Below the pieces are notes generated by a model. That model was not told the DNA's origin, ran no database searches, and saw nothing but the letters and a program-made list of their open reading frames with translations. From a virus, in the IMG/VR virus record IMGVR_UViG_3300036770_005816, positions 32,001 to 96,000 of that record: DNA of 64,000 bases; one strand, 5' to 3'. Position numbers and translations under genes: made by a program. This document shows positions 19,271 through 28,726 of this stretch, one piece after another (position 1 is the stretch's first letter; each line of letters starts with the position of its first letter).

Positions 19271-21202
19271 ATGGAGAAAGTCGGCTTGACCCCACAGTTT
19301 TTGGAGCAGTATCGAAATGTGGTTCCGCCTTGGGGTTTCAGTGGACTTGGGGAAATCGTCTACCTTCGAACATACTCTCGCCCAATCGAGGGTGTTGAAC
19401 GAAACGAAACATGGATTGAAACCGTGTCGCGCTGCGTAAACGGAGCGGTAGAAATCGGCGTGCCGTGGACACAAAAAGATTTGGAAGCAATCTTCGACCA
19501 TGTCTACAACCTTCGTTGCTCTTTCTCTGGTCGCGCACTGTGGCAGTTGGGGACTCCACTCATCAAGAAGTTCAACGCGTCCTCGCTAAACAACTGCTAT
19601 TTCACAAACATTGAAAGAATTGAAGATTTCGAACTTTTGTTTGATTACTTGATGCTCGGTGGCGGAGTGGGTTTTTCGGTTGAGCGCTCAAAAATTCACG
19701 ACTTGCCCAAAGTTCGCGCCAATGTAAAAATCACGCACGAGCGAACCAATGATGCTGACATCATTGTCCCCGACAGCAGGCAAGGGTGGCGTCGTCTTCT
19801 GCACAGCGTATTGAAGTCTTTCTTCGATACGGGCAAATCTTTCACCTACTCCACTATTCTCATCCGCGAATTCGGTGCACCACTCAAAACCTTCGGTGGC
19901 ACCGCCAGCGGACCGGGGGCGCTCGTTGACGGCATCGAAGATATCTGCAAGGTGATGAGAAACCGCGAAGGGAAAAAGTTGCGGTCAGTAGATGTTCTAG
20001 ATATTTGCAACATCATCGGTCGGATTGTCGTCTCAGGTTCATCCCGAAGGTCTGCGCAGATTGCCATCGGCGACCCCGACGATGTCCTTTTCCTTCGTGC
20101 AAAAAATTGGGCTAACGGCGACATCCCCGCTTGGCGTGCCAACAGCAACAACAGCATTTACGCCGACTACTACGACCACATCATGCCAGAACTCTGGAAG
20201 GGGTACACAGGTAACGGGGAACCTTACGGACTCGTGAACAGGCGTCTTGCTCGGAAGCATGGTCGCCTTGGCGATGTCCGACCCGACAACAGCATTGAGG
20301 GATTCAATCCTTGCGCAGAAATTGGGCTTGGGGACGGCGAGTCATGCAACCTTGCGACTATCTTCCTGCCGAATGTGGAGTCATTGAAACAGTTGAAGGA
20401 AATATCGCGCCTTCTTTACATGCTCCAAAAGCAGATAACACGCCTTTCGTATCCGTATGAAAAGACAACAGAAATTGTGAACAAAAATGCTCGACTTGGG
20501 CAAAGCATTACAGGGATTCTTCAATGCAATGACGAACAAATTTCTTGGCTTTCCGATGCGTATGAAGCGTTGGACAAACTCGACCAAGAGTATTCACAGA
20601 AACACGGTTTCCCCCGTTCGGTGAGGCTTACGACGGTTCAGCCATCTGGAACACTTTCCCTACTGCCAGGTGTCACTCCGGGTGTGCATCCAGCGTTCGC
20701 GCCGTTCTACATCCGTAGAGTGCGTTTCGGCGCAGCCGACCCGCTTGTGGACAACCTGCGCAAACGGGGGCATAAGGTCGTGTGGGATATCGGTCTCGAC
20801 GGTCGGGAAGACCACACCAAATATGTGGTCGAATTCCCCTGCAAATCACCACAGGGCGCTGTCCTCGCAGAAAACATGACAGCCATTGAACAGTTGGAAT
20901 GGGTCAAAAAAATGCAGACGGTATGGGCTGACAATGCCGTTTCAGTCACCGTTTACTACCGCAAAGAAGAACTTGACTCCATCAAGGAATGGCTTTCCAA
21001 GAACTACGACGATGGTATCAAATCGGTATCATTCCTTCTCCACAGCGACCACAACTTCCCGCTACCCCCTTACGAGGCGTGCACGGAAGAGCACTACAAC
21101 CAAATGGTCTCAAAAATTGACCTGAGTGTTGCCCTTACGCCGATATCGGGAGAAGATTTGGATATCGACGCATGCGCTTCGGGGGCTTGTCCAATCAAGT
21201 AG
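19271..21202 (+). CDS. nrdJ: Class II (B12-dependent) ribonucleotide reductase
   Basis: VYLRTYSR, LNNC, GGGVGFS, RRSAQI, FNPCAEI, TTVQPSGT, C-terminal CASGACP. Confidence 0.93.
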   Translation: MEKVGLTPQFLEQYRNVVPPWGFSGLGEIVYLRTYSRPIEGVERNETWIETVSRCVNGAVEIGVPWTQKDLEAIFDHVYNLRCSFSGRALWQLGTPLIKKFNASSLNNCYFTNIERIEDFELLFDYLMLGGGVGFSVERSKIHDLPKVRANVKITHERTNDADIIVPDSRQGWRRLLHSVLKSFFDTGKSFTYSTILIREFGAPLKTFGGTASGPGALVDGIEDICKVMRNREGKKLRSVDVLDICNIIGRIVVSGSSRRSAQIAIGDPDDVLFLRAKNWANGDIPAWRANSNNSIYADYYDHIMPELWKGYTGNGEPYGLVNRRLARKHGRLGDVRPDNSIEGFNPCAEIGLGDGESCNLATIFLPNVESLKQLKEISRLLYMLQKQITRLSYPYEKTTEIVNKNARLGQSITGILQCNDEQISWLSDAYEALDKLDQEYSQKHGFPRSVRLTTVQPSGTLSLLPGVTPGVHPAFAPFYIRRVRFGAADPLVDNLRKRGHKVVWDIGLDGREDHTKYVVEFPCKSPQGAVLAENMTAIEQLEWVKKMQTVWADNAVSVTVYYRKEELDSIKEWLSKNYDDGIKSVSFLLHSDHNFPLPPYEACTEEHYNQMVSKIDLSVALTPISGEDLDIDACASGACPIK

Positions 21203-21204
21203 TG

Positions 21205-21603
21205 ATGCTGTACTGCCTGAAGGACGCAAAAGTCCACGAGATTTATCGGAAAACTGCTGAAATAATCAGCGAACATGGATTCACGCATGTTCTTCCGTAC
21301 GACCCATACACAAAACAAGTTGACTTTTATGGCGCTCTTCTTCTCGCGTGTGGTGCATCAGAAAAACTTTTGGCATCAGGGTTTGAAGATGCAGAAGATA
21401 CGAATGTCCCCCCAATAAATTTGGGGAAGGTTAAAGTCGCCTACGAATACATCGAGGCGGTGCTAGGGGAAGACCCATCCGTATGGGCGGAAACCCATAC
21501 ATCGGAACAAGCACAAAAAGTGCTTCTTCGGCTTGCGGACAGAATAGAAATTTCTATAAATCTGCCAGAAACTACTTCTTTGAAGCCTCATCAAACAAAC
21601 TAA
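21205..21603 (+). CDS. Hypothetical protein
   Basis: ORF immediately after nrdJ. Confidence 0.55.
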   Translation: MLYCLKDAKVHEIYRKTAEIISEHGFTHVLPYDPYTKQVDFYGALLLACGASEKLLASGFEDAEDTNVPPINLGKVKVAYEYIEAVLGEDPSVWAETHTSEQAQKVLLRLADRIEISINLPETTSLKPHQTN

Positions 21604-22957
21604 GTTGTTCCGTCGCTTTACGCAGAGCGATGTCTTCGAGTTCTTTGTCTAGTCTGCGCGTTGCGATTCCCGCATATTCTGGATTGAGTTCACAACCGCG
21701 ATAGTCGCGACCCAAACGCATCGCCACAACACCAGTCGTACCAGACCCAAAGAACGGGTCAAGAACAGTGCAGGGAACAATTTCTTCTGTCGCACAGTCA
21801 CAACTCTTCTCCCATCCCTTTGTTTCCGTATGCGTATACCCAGCGTCTCCTTTGCCGTTGATTTCCGCGTATGCCCCATCGTAATTATTCGGGCGGTACC
21901 GTGGGTCGTCCTCGGGTAATTCACTTCGCGAAATGCGCTTGCGCTCCACAACTCGATGGTAAGGCGACAGACACAGGGCGCAACATCCGTGTTCGGATGT
22001 TCCTGCCTTGATGCAAGGCTCAACCAAGTCTGTTGGGAATGTCGCGAAATGTGCTTCTTTGAATGGTTTCGTTGTCACTGACCAAACTGAGCGTTTGTTT
22101 CTTGTCGCGCCAGTTGTGCCATTCATTGAGTTGCTGATTACCCCGCGTCGCTTATCTGCTCTGGAGCCTCTGTCGTCGAAAGCGTAAACTGCGGGTTCTT
22201 TGATTGATTCGGAATCAAAAAAGTATCTAGGTTTCTTTGTCAAAAGAAAGATGTATTCATGAGCCTTGGTGCATCTGTCCAAAACTGATTCTGGCATCGG
22301 GTTCGGCTTATGCCAAATAATATCTTGCCGTAGATACCAGCCTGCTTCTTGGAGCGCTAGAGCCACTCTCCACGGGATGCCGACAAGGTCTTTGGGTTTT
22401 AGGTGTCCGTCGTCGCGACCTATCTTTGCGCGAAAATCTTCGTTATCGCCGCCCGCGTTTGAAGCGTTCGTTGAAGCAATCGACTGCTTGTAGCCGTTGC
22501 CGTTACTGCCAGCATACGAATCTCCGAGGTTCAGCCACAGTGTCCCATCGTCTCGCAAGACACGCCAAATTTCAGCAAAAACACCGACCATGTCTTTGAC
22601 ATATTCATCAAACGTCGGTTCAAGCCCTAGTTGACTGTCCTCGCGGGTGGCGCCACATCTTTTACATATCGTTTTGTATATACCGTCCCCGATTGCGCCC
22701 TCTAGGTTTCTTTGACCCGTCGAGCAACTTTCGCTGAACTTGCTGTCTCGCTTATGCGAACAAGACGGGTCTCCACCTATCCACTTTGCTGTTCCGTAAT
22801 CCCGCAAACCCCAATAGGGGGGAGACGTGATAACACAATGAACGCTTCCATCAGGAAGCGACTTCAATGTTTCCCGAACATCACCTATCAGGATTTTCGG
22901 GTTCAAGTTTTGTTCCCCTGTCACGGGGGAGAAGTCTAGCGACCCCTCTTGAACCAT
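21572..22957 (-). CDS. DNA methyltransferase, N4-C/N6-A beta class, with Cys-rich insertions
   Basis: VITSPPYWGLRDY, IIWHKPNPMPES, HFATFP, LDPFFGSGTTG. Confidence 0.92.
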   Translation of the reverse strand: MVQEGSLDFSPVTGEQNLNPKILIGDVRETLKSLPDGSVHCVITSPPYWGLRDYGTAKWIGGDPSCSHKRDSKFSESCSTGQRNLEGAIGDGIYKTICKRCGATREDSQLGLEPTFDEYVKDMVGVFAEIWRVLRDDGTLWLNLGDSYAGSNGNGYKQSIASTNASNAGGDNEDFRAKIGRDDGHLKPKDLVGIPWRVALALQEAGWYLRQDIIWHKPNPMPESVLDRCTKAHEYIFLLTKKPRYFFDSESIKEPAVYAFDDRGSRADKRRGVISNSMNGTTGATRNKRSVWSVTTKPFKEAHFATFPTDLVEPCIKAGTSEHGCCALCLSPYHRVVERKRISRSELPEDDPRYRPNNYDGAYAEINGKGDAGYTHTETKGWEKSCDCATEEIVPCTVLDPFFGSGTTGVVAMRLGRDYRGCELNPEYAGIATRRLDKELEDIALRKATEQLSLFDEASKK

Positions 22958-23208
22958 GCAAGGACACGCTGTCTCACCGAAGAGGACTTGATGTCGTTCG
23001 CGTACACGACGACCGACTCAAACGCCTTCTCCACTGCTGGAGCAGCCTCTGCGACCGCCGAGGCAACCGCCACGGCAGCGTCTTCAATGTCCTTCTTTGT
23101 TGATGCAACGCTCTTCTTCTTGGCAGAGGCAGACTTTGTGGAAGTCTTCTTCACCGAAGAGGTCTTTTTGTTGGTTTTCTTGTTGGTGGTTTTCTTCTTT
23201 TGTGCCAT
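22936..23208 (-). CDS. Small Lys/Ala-rich (histone-like) protein
   Basis: MAQKKKTTNKKTNKKTSSVKK... then Ala-rich helix. Confidence 0.5.
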   Translation of the reverse strand: MAQKKKTTNKKTNKKTSSVKKTSTKSASAKKKSVASTKKDIEDAAVAVASAVAEAAPAVEKAFESVVVYANDIKSSSVRQRVLAWFKRGR

Positions 23209-23275
23209 ACCCGAAACACTAGTAGATGACACGACGCCCCAATGCAACCCTTGGAACAACACCAAATAGGCTATT

Positions 23276-23917
23276 TTGGGGGTGATGGAAACAGGCGTAT
23301 ACGAGACCGATTTAGACAAGGTCGCACTTGCAGTTGAAGCCATAAAACTGGCTAAACAGGCGACAGTTAGCGAGGGCGGTATCGGGGAAGACATGAACAT
23401 AAACCTGTTTTGTTGGAAAGGGGCGAAATTGGTGTCAATTCTCCAACTCACATCAACCCACAATTTGGACAGAGATGAGCGTCTGGAGCGCCTCACAAAG
23501 GCTGCCTGTATCAAGCGTCAGGGTTGGGGTGTCGATTCCTTCACATTCATAGCGGAGGGGTATTGCTCCCTGAAACCCTCCGAAACCAAAAATCAGGATT
23601 TGGCAAAACTGTTCGCCCAGCCCAACTCCCCAGTAACAGAATGTCTATCATTTACTCAACTTGGCTCAGATGTACCTATCTTTATATCAGTGCCTTACAA
23701 AATACTTTTGGGAAAACAAGTACAATTTGGGGACGCGCTCTGGTATTCCGCTCTGGATGTCATGCGCGACCTAACATATGCCGCGACGCTAAACGCTTCA
23801 CTGAAACTTGCTTACCACAGTGCCAAATTCACTGATGCAAAAGATGTTTACTTTGAGACTTTGGCTGACGAAATACACGACATAGGTTTTGACATTTTTT
23901 ATCGAGACGATTTGTGA
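23276..23917 (+). CDS. Hypothetical protein
   Basis: 213 aa ORF; FTFIAEGY segment resembles LAFTAEVF in 36613..37284. Confidence 0.6.
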   Translation: MGVMETGVYETDLDKVALAVEAIKLAKQATVSEGGIGEDMNINLFCWKGAKLVSILQLTSTHNLDRDERLERLTKAACIKRQGWGVDSFTFIAEGYCSLKPSETKNQDLAKLFAQPNSPVTECLSFTQLGSDVPIFISVPYKILLGKQVQFGDALWYSALDVMRDLTYAATLNASLKLAYHSAKFTDAKDVYFETLADEIHDIGFDIFYRDDL

Positions 23918-23924
23918 GAACGAA

Positions 23925-24269
23925 ATGGTAGGACAAGACAAAATGGACTTTGCAAACTATCAGTGGCGGACAGGGCATACTGCGATTTATCCGACAGATA
24001 AGGCTCTTGAGTATCTATCGCTTGGTCTCGTGTCTGAGGCTGGAGAAGTGGCAGGAAAAGTTAAGAAGATTATCCGCGACCACGGTTCAGAACTCACCAC
24101 AGAATTGGTTGATGCGCTGGAATTAGAACTTGGTGATGTCCTTTGGTATATCGCACAGATGTGCACTGTCCTCAAATCAAATCTCGGGGTTGTGGCTAAC
24201 CGCAATGTGGACAAACTTGCTTTGCGCAAAGAGGCGAATACCCTTAAGGGAAGCGGGGACAATAGATAA
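23925..24269 (+). CDS. MazG-like nucleotide pyrophosphohydrolase
   Basis: LGLVSEAGEVAGKVKKIIRD...ELGDVLWY...GSGDNR. Confidence 0.9.
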   Translation: MVGQDKMDFANYQWRTGHTAIYPTDKALEYLSLGLVSEAGEVAGKVKKIIRDHGSELTTELVDALELELGDVLWYIAQMCTVLKSNLGVVANRNVDKLALRKEANTLKGSGDNR

Positions 24270-24481
24270 TGGGCAAGAAAAACAAGCGCGTCACACGCGG
24301 CGCACAGCAAAGAGTTCGGTTCAACTATTTGACTGGGCAGACTGAAACCGTCCCCGGCACCAAGGCTGGCAAGAAACGCACTCGCTTGCCGTACGGTCAC
24401 CCCCTCAGAACCCACGACATGCCGAGAACGCGTGCAAACAAAAAAGAGAAGAGAGATGGAACGCCGAATAGCGATTCTTGA
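24269..24481 (+). CDS. Small basic hypothetical protein
   Basis: 70 aa K/R-rich, coupled to MazG stop. Confidence 0.55.
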   Translation: MGKKNKRVTRGAQQRVRFNYLTGQTETVPGTKAGKKRTRLPYGHPLRTHDMPRTRANKKEKRDGTPNSDS

Positions 24482-25274
24482 CCATCATGATGCACAGCCA
24501 TCATTTGTGTTGGTGAAAGATGCAGAGATAGGGCACATACCACCCACCCCAACGGTTCCACCAAGTGATGATGTTGTGGAACAGGCACGCAAGTTGCTTT
24601 TGAAATTTGGTGCACACTACGGAATTCCAGTCGGGTATGCACAGGAACAAAACGGTCGTCTCATACAACATGTTCTCCCTAATCCCAAAACCGAGTATTC
24701 GCAAATGTCTTCGTCGTCAAAGACGATTCTCAAACTCCACACAGAGACAGCGTTTCACCCTTATAAGCCTGACTGGATTATCCTGATGTGTTTGCGTGGA
24801 GATGAAAACGCGTTCACCACTTATGCGCTTTGCAGTGACATTTTGCGTGATTTGGATAATGAGACGATTCTGGAATTGCGCAAACCACAGTTTTTTACGA
24901 CCACAGACGAAAGTTTTAGGCGCAACGGAGAGAAACACAGAATGATTCGTCTGCCTATTTTGGAAGACGGTTCGAACGGATTGGAGTTGTGTTACGACGA
25001 TGATTTGATGACGGGCGAAAACGCTGTCGCGGAGCGTGCTCTTCGTGCTTTGAGGTATGTGGTGGAATCAAAAACGAGGGAAATTGCGCTCGAATCTGGT
25101 GATGTTTTCATCATCAACAACAGAAAGTTGGTTCATGGTCGCAAACCTTTCCAGCCGCGATACGACGGAACAGACAGGTGGATGCTCAGATTGTTGCTGG
25201 TTGAAAAACTGCCGCCGAAATCGGAAATGATGAACCAACCACACCCCGTAATCAACACAGATTTTGGGGTGTAA
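24456..25274 (+). CDS. TauD/TfdA-family Fe(II)/2-oxoglutarate dioxygenase (clavaminate-synthase-like)
   Basis: LHTETAF (HxE), PDWIILMCLR, INNRKLVHGR, RWMLR. Confidence 0.85.
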   Translation: MERRIAILDHHDAQPSFVLVKDAEIGHIPPTPTVPPSDDVVEQARKLLLKFGAHYGIPVGYAQEQNGRLIQHVLPNPKTEYSQMSSSSKTILKLHTETAFHPYKPDWIILMCLRGDENAFTTYALCSDILRDLDNETILELRKPQFFTTTDESFRRNGEKHRMIRLPILEDGSNGLELCYDDDLMTGENAVAERALRALRYVVESKTREIALESGDVFIINNRKLVHGRKPFQPRYDGTDRWMLRLLLVEKLPPKSEMMNQPHPVINTDFGV

Positions 25275-25275
25275 T

Positions 25276-25476
25276 TTAGAACCAGTTAGGTCCTGAAAAA
25301 TATTTCTCTTCCAAAACAGGTTTGCTTGCTTTGTTTTCACGCAAGCCATATCCTTCGTAATCTTCAACAGACCTGTTCAGAACCGCAAAGTGGAAAAGCA
25401 AACCAGCAAAAATTATTGTTATAAGCGATAAGAGCATGCCGAATATTGTAAACAATATGCTTGTGCGCAGACGCAC
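25276..25476 (-). CDS. Small membrane protein
   Basis: N-terminal hydrophobic helix. Confidence 0.5.
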   Translation of the reverse strand: MRLRTSILFTIFGMLLSLITIIFAGLLFHFAVLNRSVEDYEGYGLRENKASKPVLEEKYFSGPNWF

Positions 25477-26108
25477 TAAGTCGTGTGACTTGCCTCACCC
25501 TCAGGTTTTTCCTCTTCGTCTCCGTCGCCCTCCGTCAACGCAGGCATATTTCCCAACAAGCCAGTAAGCGCACTATCAGAAATAACACCAGCATCACGCA
25601 TAATCGACAACAACTTCTTAGCCTCAGTCTCGGGGTCAAACTTCGACGATTCCTTGACGCCGGGAGCGCCAGCCAAAACAGCCCGAAGATTCTGCTCTGA
25701 CGGATTGCCGAAAGTTTGCATATTTACATTGACATTGGACTGCTCCATACCCAACAGACGAGCACGACGGTCAATAATTGCGAGAACCGTTGACACCGCC
25801 TTAATGTCTGGTTCCATCGCAACCTCGGTGCCGTCATCCATTTTCACTTTTCGGTGTTGCGTGAGCGGCCAGATTGCGCTCTGAAGGGCGTCCAGACGCT
25901 CCAGTTCCATCTGTAAGACCTCTGGATAGGCGAGGAGGGCTTCCTGACTCAACTTACCCAACTGACGCCTAATAGAGCCGTGTACAGCATTGTTGGTCAT
26001 GCCAAAACGACGCGAAATCTCCGCAATAGGCACACCCGCCTGACGCATCTTGAAAATACGCACATCACGCTCGGCGAGAAACTCCCGAGTCAAACCTTTT
26101 TCTGTCAT
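25476..26108 (-). CDS. HTH protein, terminase small-subunit-like
   Basis: N-terminal HTH (RQAGVPIAEISRRFG) and ELERLDAL...AVSTVLAIIDRRARLLG pattern seen in actinophage small terminase-like proteins. Confidence 0.6.
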   Translation of the reverse strand: MTEKGLTREFLAERDVRIFKMRQAGVPIAEISRRFGMTNNAVHGSIRRQLGKLSQEALLAYPEVLQMELERLDALQSAIWPLTQHRKVKMDDGTEVAMEPDIKAVSTVLAIIDRRARLLGMEQSNVNVNMQTFGNPSEQNLRAVLAGAPGVKESSKFDPETEAKKLLSIMRDAGVISDSALTGLLGNMPALTEGDGDEEEKPEGEASHTT

Positions 26109-27859
26109 ATTGGTTCTCTCAAATCAAGCAGTTCAAACGGGAAAACTTTCCCTCTCTTAAGTTTAGTCGGGAATGGTCGCTCATCACGGGCACCACGGAA
26201 ATGGCGGACATCGTAAACATATTCACCAACAGCAGTCGCATCAGGGTGTAAAGCCAAACCGAACTCTGGCCACCGCGACCAAACCGCAGACCCAAACGGA
26301 CGCAAATCCCTTGTACTCATAGAAGTACCGAGGGGGGCGTGGTGCTCAAGCCAAAGCGTGCAGTTGTAGTAGTCGCGAATCATGTCAAAATACCGAGCGA
26401 CCTCAACCGCAACAGCCTCAGATGTTCGTCCACCTGGGTCGATGAACGACTTGTAGATAGGTCCGATGAACAGCATGTCGGGCTTAATGGTCTCAACCGC
26501 TTCTTCAACGACAAGACGGTCTTTCGCCGTCAATAGATTCAGTCCAGCAGGCTTGATGAGAATATGAGCGTCGACTGATTTGACATGACCGAACCTGACA
26601 GCCGCACCCATAATATTCGCCGATGTTCTACGGATGATTCTCTCAGGGTTTTCTAGGTCTATCGTCAAAGTCCTGATTGGTTTGATTCGAGAAAAATTGA
26701 AGGGATGCAAACCAGCGGAAGCACAAATGGCGACCTGTCTGGCGAGCATCGTTTTTCCGACACCTTCGGCTGCGACGACCATTATTCGTTCGCCTCGCTC
26801 AACAAGTTGCGGAATTACCCAATCATAACTTTCATCAGCAGACTCACCCAAAAATTCTTGCCAATTGACCAAACGACCCTTGTCGTAATCGTTTTCGGTG
26901 TTTATTTGATTAAGAAGCATTGACGCCCGCGCGATACGGGTATCCTCAGATAGGTCATCACGCAAAAGAACTTTTGTCACCTGCTGAGCGACAGACGCAA
27001 GCGAACTGGTCGCTTCTTCCACCGCTATTTCGTCTTGCTCCTCGGATTCTTCTTCTTTTGCCTCAGACTCAGTTAGAGGCTCTGCATCTTTTGACTCCAA
27101 GAGGTCATTAAGTGAGCCACCATCGGCTAGCAAGTCGGAAACATCTTTGTATTTCGCTGGCGGAACCCACTGAATAACGGAGCACCCCGCATCACGCAAT
27201 ACGCTCGCCACATGGTCGGAATGCTCGCGTCCGGGGGCATCGTTGTCAGCAACGATGTAGACATTTGCGTTAGCCAAAGTCTCAGTGAAATTGTCCTGCC
27301 ACTTCCCTGCACCATTCGGTGGTGTCGTCGCACACCAACCAAGTTTTACGAGATTGTCTGCGTCTTTCTCTCCTTCGACCAACCATATGGTCTCGCCGTC
27401 TGATTTTGCTTTCAAAACCTGTGGCAGTCGATATAAAACTTTCGTGACACCGTTAAGTGAGTACACCCATTTTTTGGGATTGTCTGGGTCGGGGCGCCGT
27501 TGCATGAATGTCTTCTTGTTCCATTGGTCAACGAACCGCTGTTTTTGATAAAGCAACTCACCCTTTTCGTTCCTGTAATCGTATGTCGCGATAAGGGAAA
27601 GTTTCCGCTCTTCCTGTCGTGGCGGATACAACTCAGTCACTTTCATGTTCAGCGATTTGCAAATATCCACCACATCGCACCCGCCACCGCGATGGCAGGT
27701 GACTAATACGCGCCCGTCATTGCCTTGCCCAATGGAAAGAGATGGATTGTCATCGTCGTTCCTGCATGGGCATCGAGCCTGCCAACCAGAACCAGTCGCT
27801 CGGACACCATTGAGTTTGTCCAAAAATGACTGAACTGTTGGAGATGAAACATTTGGCAT
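26105..27859 (-). CDS. DNA primase-helicase (Zn finger + Toprim + RecA-like AAA)
   Basis: ARCPC...TCHRGGGC, LVEGEKDAD, ADNDAPG, Walker A AAEGVGKT. Confidence 0.9.
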   Translation of the reverse strand: MPNVSSPTVQSFLDKLNGVRATGSGWQARCPCRNDDDNPSLSIGQGNDGRVLVTCHRGGGCDVVDICKSLNMKVTELYPPRQEERKLSLIATYDYRNEKGELLYQKQRFVDQWNKKTFMQRRPDPDNPKKWVYSLNGVTKVLYRLPQVLKAKSDGETIWLVEGEKDADNLVKLGWCATTPPNGAGKWQDNFTETLANANVYIVADNDAPGREHSDHVASVLRDAGCSVIQWVPPAKYKDVSDLLADGGSLNDLLESKDAEPLTESEAKEEESEEQDEIAVEEATSSLASVAQQVTKVLLRDDLSEDTRIARASMLLNQINTENDYDKGRLVNWQEFLGESADESYDWVIPQLVERGERIMVVAAEGVGKTMLARQVAICASAGLHPFNFSRIKPIRTLTIDLENPERIIRRTSANIMGAAVRFGHVKSVDAHILIKPAGLNLLTAKDRLVVEEAVETIKPDMLFIGPIYKSFIDPGGRTSEAVAVEVARYFDMIRDYYNCTLWLEHHAPLGTSMSTRDLRPFGSAVWSRWPEFGLALHPDATAVGEYVYDVRHFRGARDERPFPTKLKRGKVFPFELLDLREPI

Positions 27860-27862
27860 CGG

Positions 27863-28255
27863 CTACTTGGTTTCCTCTTTGTTCTGAAGAGCGAGCGCCT
27901 GCCGTTTGCGTCGTTTGCTCTCCTTGTCGTTGTAAAGTCTCCGTGTTCGTTTCGCAACATCCGAAACGGTTCCCTGAGGCAGCGCGATGTTTCGCTCGAT
28001 GCGGTGATACTCGCGTTCCGATTCCGTCATGCCACCCCAAATGCCGAATGACTCGTTTTTGATTGCATACTCCGCACAAGGTTCACGAACTTCACAACCC
28101 ATGCAAATAGAAATCGCTTTCTTCTGTTCCCTTGAACGGACATGAGCAGATGACTCACCTTTTGGATAGAACAGACTGATTTCCGCACTACCTCGACAGG
28201 CAGCGAGTGAGGTGTCGAACGGCAAATAGTAACTGTTGGTGAGTTCTGTCGTCAT
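27863..28255 (-). CDS. whiB: WhiB-family transcription factor
   Basis: AACRG...ICMGCEVREPC...FGIWGG(M)T: four Cys + G(I/V)WGG turn. Confidence 0.92.
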   Translation of the reverse strand: MTTELTNSYYLPFDTSLAACRGSAEISLFYPKGESSAHVRSREQKKAISICMGCEVREPCAEYAIKNESFGIWGGMTESEREYHRIERNIALPQGTVSDVAKRTRRLYNDKESKRRKRQALALQNKEETK

Positions 28256-28282
28256 GGGGCAATATCGTATTGCCTACAGCGC

Positions 28283-28726
28283 TCAAATGTCAACAGTATT
28301 CTGACGACCAGCCACAATTTGTTTTATTTGGTCGTAACCCAGCAACACCGTCGCATAGTTGACAACCAACCGACCATCGTCGTCAACAGATGACACAATT
28401 TCAACGCTTTCATTAGGGCATCCGAAAGCACTGGCAAGCGCCGACTGCATACGGGCGATACCGACCTCATCAACAATATCTTGGTCATAGAAATCCCATA
28501 ATTCTTCAGTGACAGGGGGCGGAACAACGGTTAGCGTCCGCAACTGCCTCCCCGTTTCGGAAGCGACGACACACCAAGTGCACGCAATCTGCTCCGTTCT
28601 CGCAGGGCGTTTTCGTATCTCCACATGTCCACATTCGAGTGTATGGTGATACTCCACCCCACCCCAACTTCCGACACGCTCAATATTTTTAACTGTTTTT
28701 TGTGGAGCGGATTTTTTATTAATCAC
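28283..28726 (-). CDS. Hypothetical protein with LECGH...CTWC zinc motif
   Basis: ORF overlapping upstream gene stop (GTGA). Confidence 0.6.
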   Translation of the reverse strand: MINKKSAPQKTVKNIERVGSWGGVEYHHTLECGHVEIRKRPARTEQIACTWCVVASETGRQLRTLTVVPPPVTEELWDFYDQDIVDEVGIARMQSALASAFGCPNESVEIVSSVDDDGRLVVNYATVLLGYDQIKQIVAGRQNTVDI

